Origin: Chloroflexota bacterium
GTDB taxonomy: Bacteria; Chloroflexota; Dehalococcoidia; Lucifugimonadales; UBA3495
Assembly (NCBI GenBank): GCA_027623675.1
Contig: JAQBVF010000017.1
Span: 1 to 64,000, forward strand
Direction of reading: 5' to 3'
DNA: 64,000 nt
Both the position numbers and the translations under genes were made by a program. Numbering within the stretch: the first letter of the stretch is position 1; the number at the start of each line of letters is the position of its first letter. Positions 60,451 to 64,000 of the stretch are shown here, piece after piece. The notes beneath the pieces are model-generated. The model saw only the letters and a list, made by a program, of their open reading frames with translations. It was not told where the DNA came from and did no database searches.

Positions 60451-60532
60451 GATATAGCTACCATTCTTGGATGCTCAGATCCTTCATCCAAACCCTAAAT
60501 TCAGACCGCTGACCACTAACGCCTAACCCACC

Positions 60533-63500
60533 ATGTACGCCGAACTACATTGCCACAGCAACTACTCCTTCCAGGAAGGCGCCTCCTCCGTGGAGGACCT
60601 GCTGGTGCGTGCCCGCGGCTTGGGATACCGGGCGTTGGCGCTGACCGACCACGACAACCTGTGTGGGGCCATGCACTTTGCCCAGGTGGCCAAAACCCTG
60701 GGCATGCAGTCCATAACCGGCGTGGAGATGACGATCAAGGGCCCGGACGCGTGTAAAGACGGCCAGGGCAACTCGCATCTGACTTTTCTGGCCGAGGACC
60801 AAGACGGCTACAGCCAGCTTTCCAACCTGATCTCCTACTCCTACGTGGCCGGAGGCCGCAGGGACCCGGCCCTGGACCTGAAGTACATGCCGGACCGCGT
60901 CGATGGCCTGCTGCTGCTGACCGGCTGCCGCGCCGGACGGCTGCCCAGTTTGTTAACCGAAGGCAGATTCGCCGAGGCCGAGACCCAACTGCGGCAGTAT
61001 CTGGACTGGTTCGGTACGGACAACGTCTTCGTTGAGTTGCAGCAGAACCTGGTACAGGGCGACACCCAGCGCAACCGGCGGCTCATCGACCTGGCCCGCA
61101 AGCTGGGGGTCGGCACGGTGGCGACCAACAACGTCCACTACCACGTACCGGACCGCCACCGCCTGCAGGACGCCCTGGTCTCCATCAAGCACAACCGCAG
61201 CTTGGAAGAGACCCACAAGGAGCGCCGGGCCAACAATCAGGCCCATCTCAAGTCTCCCGCCGAGATGGCCGCCCTGTTCGCCGAATGCCCGGAGGCTATC
61301 GAGAACACCCTCCGCATCGCCGAGCGCTGTTCTTTCGACCTGACCAAGGACCTGGCATACCGTTTCCCCGACTACCCCGTTCCGGCGGGCGCCACGCCCC
61401 AGAGCCACTTGGAAGACCTATGCCTCCAAGCCGCCGAACGCCGCTATGGGGGCGTCAACCAAAAGGTCAAAGACCGCTTGGACGAAGAATTGCGGCTGAT
61501 CGGGAAACACGAGCTGGCCGGGTTCTTTCTGATCTACTACGAGATCATCCAGATGGCCCGCCAGATCATGATTGAGATGGGCCTTAGCGACGCCGAGATA
61601 CCCCTGGAAGAACGCCCGCCGGGCCGGGGCCGGGGCTCGTCGGTGGCCATGCTGGTCGGCTATCTGATCGGTCTTTCCCACATCGACCCCTTGGAGTACA
61701 ACCTGTCTCTGGACCGGTTCCTGTCCGACGACCTGGGTTCGGTGCCCGATATCGACCTGGACTTCCCCCGCAACATCCGGGAGGAACTGATCATCCGGGT
61801 GCACCGGAAGTGGGGCTGGGACCGGGCCGCTCTGACCGGCATGATCAGCACCTACCAGATGAAGGGCGCCGTCCGTGACTTGGGCAAGGCCTTGGGTCTG
61901 CCGGCCCAGGGCGTGGACAAGCTGGCCAAGCGGGTCGATTCCCATGATGCCAAGGAACTGGAACTGGAGATGCTCCAACTGCCCGAGTTCCGGGACATGG
62001 TGGACGCTCCGGGCTGGCGCGACCTCATCGAGATGGCGGCCCAGTTGGACGGCTTCCCCAAGTACCTGGCCCAACATCCCGGGGGCATGATCATTAGCTC
62101 GTCGCCTTTGATCGACACGGTGCCGGTGCAGCAGGCAGCCATCGCCGACCGCTACATCTGCCATTGGGACAAGGACAGCATCGACCAGGCCGGCTTCGTG
62201 AAGATCGACTTCCTGGCCTTGGGCGCCCTTTCTCAGATGCAGGAATGCCTGCTTTTGATCGAAGAACGCGAGGGCAATTACATCGACCTGAGCCGCATCG
62301 ACTTCAATGACCGGGCCGTCTACGAGAGCATGCACCAGGCCGACACGATAGGAATCTTCCAGGTGGAGTCGGCCGCCCAGATGCAGACCGTGCCCCGCAT
62401 CAAGCCTTGGAACCTGACCGACATGGCCTACGAGGTGGGCGCCGTGCGGCCCGGAGTGGGAGTGAACGACGGCGTGACCCAGTTCATCCAGCGCCGTTCC
62501 GAGGGCATACCATGGGACTATGACCACCCCTTGGAGCAACGGGCCTTGGAGCGCACCCTGGGCATAATACTGTTCCAGGACCAGGTTAACCAGGTGGCCA
62601 TGGACGTGGCCGGCTTCACTTCATTGGAGGCCGACCAACTGCGCCGGGCCTTCGGGAAGCGCAACAACGATGCCATGATTCAGCATTACTGGGAGAAGTT
62701 CCGGAGCGGGGCCGCCGGACTGGGCGTTTCCGAAGATGCGGCCCAACGTATCTTCAAAAAGTTCAATGGCCACTATATGTTCCCCGAGTCCCATGCCTTT
62801 GCCTTTGGCGCGACGGCCTACCACATGGCCTGGCTCAAGTATTACCACCCGCTGGAGTTCTACGTCGCCATCTTCAACCAGCAGCCCATGGGTTTCTACA
62901 ACACCGAGACACTGAAAGAGGATGCCAGACGCCACGGCATCACCGTCTTGAATCCAGATATCAACCACAGCCGGGAGAAGTGCGTCATCAAGGACGAAAG
63001 CGTCTTGCTGGGGCTGCGTTACGTCCGTGGCCTGGGCGACGCGGCGGCATCTCAGGCGGTGGCGGCCAGAGACAGAGGAGGGGCGTTCAAGGACCTGGCC
63101 GACGCCATGGAACGCACCGGACTGCGGCGGGAGGCCATCGAGAACCTGGTGACTGCCGGGGCCTTTGACGGCTTGACGGCCAAGACTGCCAAGGCTGGGG
63201 CAACGCCAAGGGCCAATGAGAGAACGGGCCGGCGGCAGGCGCTGTGGGAAACGGGCTTGCGTTACCGGCCGGTCAACGCCCAACTGCCCCTGCTCCTGCC
63301 CGTGGACCAAGACATGGCCGAACTGCCCGAGCAGAGCGAGTGGGAGACCATGGGCGAGGAATACCGCATCATGGGCCTCTACCCCAAGGGGCATCTGATG
63401 GCCCTGGCCCGCCCTCACCTGCGGCCGGGGATACTATCCAGCCGTGATGTGGAGTCCAGGGCCGACGGCGATGTCGTCACCGTGGCCGGGTTGGTGATAC

Positions 63501-63736
63501 GCCGCCAGCGCCCCCTGGCCAAGGCGGTTTTCCTCACGCTGGAGGACGAGTTCGGCCATATCCCGTTAGTCGTTTGGCCCGGCGAGTTCGCCAAGTACCG
63601 GCAGGTCATCAGAGAGCCGCTGCTGGTCATCACCGGCGAAGTCTCGCGCCGGGATGGCACCATGAATATCGTGGCCAAGCACGTGGAGCCCATGCCGGCC
63701 ATGGACCATCTCCCCAAAGCCAAAAGCTGGCAGTGA
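60533..63736 (+). CDS. dnaE2: Error-prone DNA polymerase III alpha (DnaE2/ImuC)
   Basis: PHP (YAELHCHSNYSF, ALTDHD), GRGSS, PDIDLDF, AQHPGG, KIDFLALG, FPESHA, OB fold; downstream of imuB. Confidence 0.92.
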   Translation: MYAELHCHSNYSFQEGASSVEDLLVRARGLGYRALALTDHDNLCGAMHFAQVAKTLGMQSITGVEMTIKGPDACKDGQGNSHLTFLAEDQDGYSQLSNLISYSYVAGGRRDPALDLKYMPDRVDGLLLLTGCRAGRLPSLLTEGRFAEAETQLRQYLDWFGTDNVFVELQQNLVQGDTQRNRRLIDLARKLGVGTVATNNVHYHVPDRHRLQDALVSIKHNRSLEETHKERRANNQAHLKSPAEMAALFAECPEAIENTLRIAERCSFDLTKDLAYRFPDYPVPAGATPQSHLEDLCLQAAERRYGGVNQKVKDRLDEELRLIGKHELAGFFLIYYEIIQMARQIMIEMGLSDAEIPLEERPPGRGRGSSVAMLVGYLIGLSHIDPLEYNLSLDRFLSDDLGSVPDIDLDFPRNIREELIIRVHRKWGWDRAALTGMISTYQMKGAVRDLGKALGLPAQGVDKLAKRVDSHDAKELELEMLQLPEFRDMVDAPGWRDLIEMAAQLDGFPKYLAQHPGGMIISSSPLIDTVPVQQAAIADRYICHWDKDSIDQAGFVKIDFLALGALSQMQECLLLIEEREGNYIDLSRIDFNDRAVYESMHQADTIGIFQVESAAQMQTVPRIKPWNLTDMAYEVGAVRPGVGVNDGVTQFIQRRSEGIPWDYDHPLEQRALERTLGIILFQDQVNQVAMDVAGFTSLEADQLRRAFGKRNNDAMIQHYWEKFRSGAAGLGVSEDAAQRIFKKFNGHYMFPESHAFAFGATAYHMAWLKYYHPLEFYVAIFNQQPMGFYNTETLKEDARRHGITVLNPDINHSREKCVIKDESVLLGLRYVRGLGDAAASQAVAARDRGGAFKDLADAMERTGLRREAIENLVTAGAFDGLTAKTAKAGATPRANERTGRRQALWETGLRYRPVNAQLPLLLPVDQDMAELPEQSEWETMGEEYRIMGLYPKGHLMALARPHLRPGILSSRDVESRADGDVVTVAGLVIRRQRPLAKAVFLTLEDEFGHIPLVVWPGEFAKYRQVIREPLLVITGEVSRRDGTMNIVAKHVEPMPAMDHLPKAKSWQ

Positions 63737-64000
63737 GCCCGGCCCAGATCAGGGAACAATGAGCTGCTACTGCACGCAGAGTTAGTCCAGGGACTCCAAT
63801 TTCTCTTTCATCTTATTTCGCAGGCTTTTCTATTGCCCGCCTGCGATCAACGGAATCATAAACCGCGCAGGCAACATGAAGATGGGGAATCAGGTCACAT
63901 TGGCCCGCCTGCTCAGATCGTACATAGCTTCAAACGCTTTAACTTGCGGGCCATTGATTACGATGCTCGGCATTTTTATCCGCACGCCGAGCAGATTTCT

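Noticed and set aside
60063..60491. ORFs 60063..60278, 60122..60340 and 60282..60491
   Set aside because: They are translations of the repeat elements, with no independent coding evidence.

Overview
GC-rich bacterial chromosome segment. Gene content (luciferase-like monooxygenases, Mo-hydroxylase, CoA-transferase, thiolase/DUF35 cluster) and protein style suggest Chloroflexota, probably Dehalococcoidia/SAR202-like; this is inference only. Left to right: LLM and FadF-like Fe-S oxidoreductase; rex and a complete F1Fo operon with a Rex box and an unannotated 32-aa membrane ORF between atpB and atpE; DUF151, LonC-like protease, coaD/rsmD, ribF-tyrS; an isobutyryl-CoA-mutase-like subunit; EF-G2; a catabolic cluster (CMD, XdhA-like, CaiB, CitE, hydrolases); CDF/YtkA-like/CtaG; a low-GC Panacea + RelE-like putative toxin-antitoxin pair; amidase, AcoX-like, TauE, trxB, garR; a Cys-less thiolase pair with two DUF35 proteins; ada; and a LexA-boxed imuB-dnaE2 cassette. 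The most striking feature lies inside that cassette (59.3-60.45 kb). A GIY-YIG nuclease gene is bracketed by palindromic terminal inverted repeats. It is followed by two internally deleted copies of the same element and by tandem arrays of its left end, and it sits next to a truncated DUF559 gene. A dispersed relative of the repeat lies at about 1.25 kb. This looks like a GIY-YIG-associated REP/MITE-like element family. No rRNA, tRNA or CRISPR array was seen.
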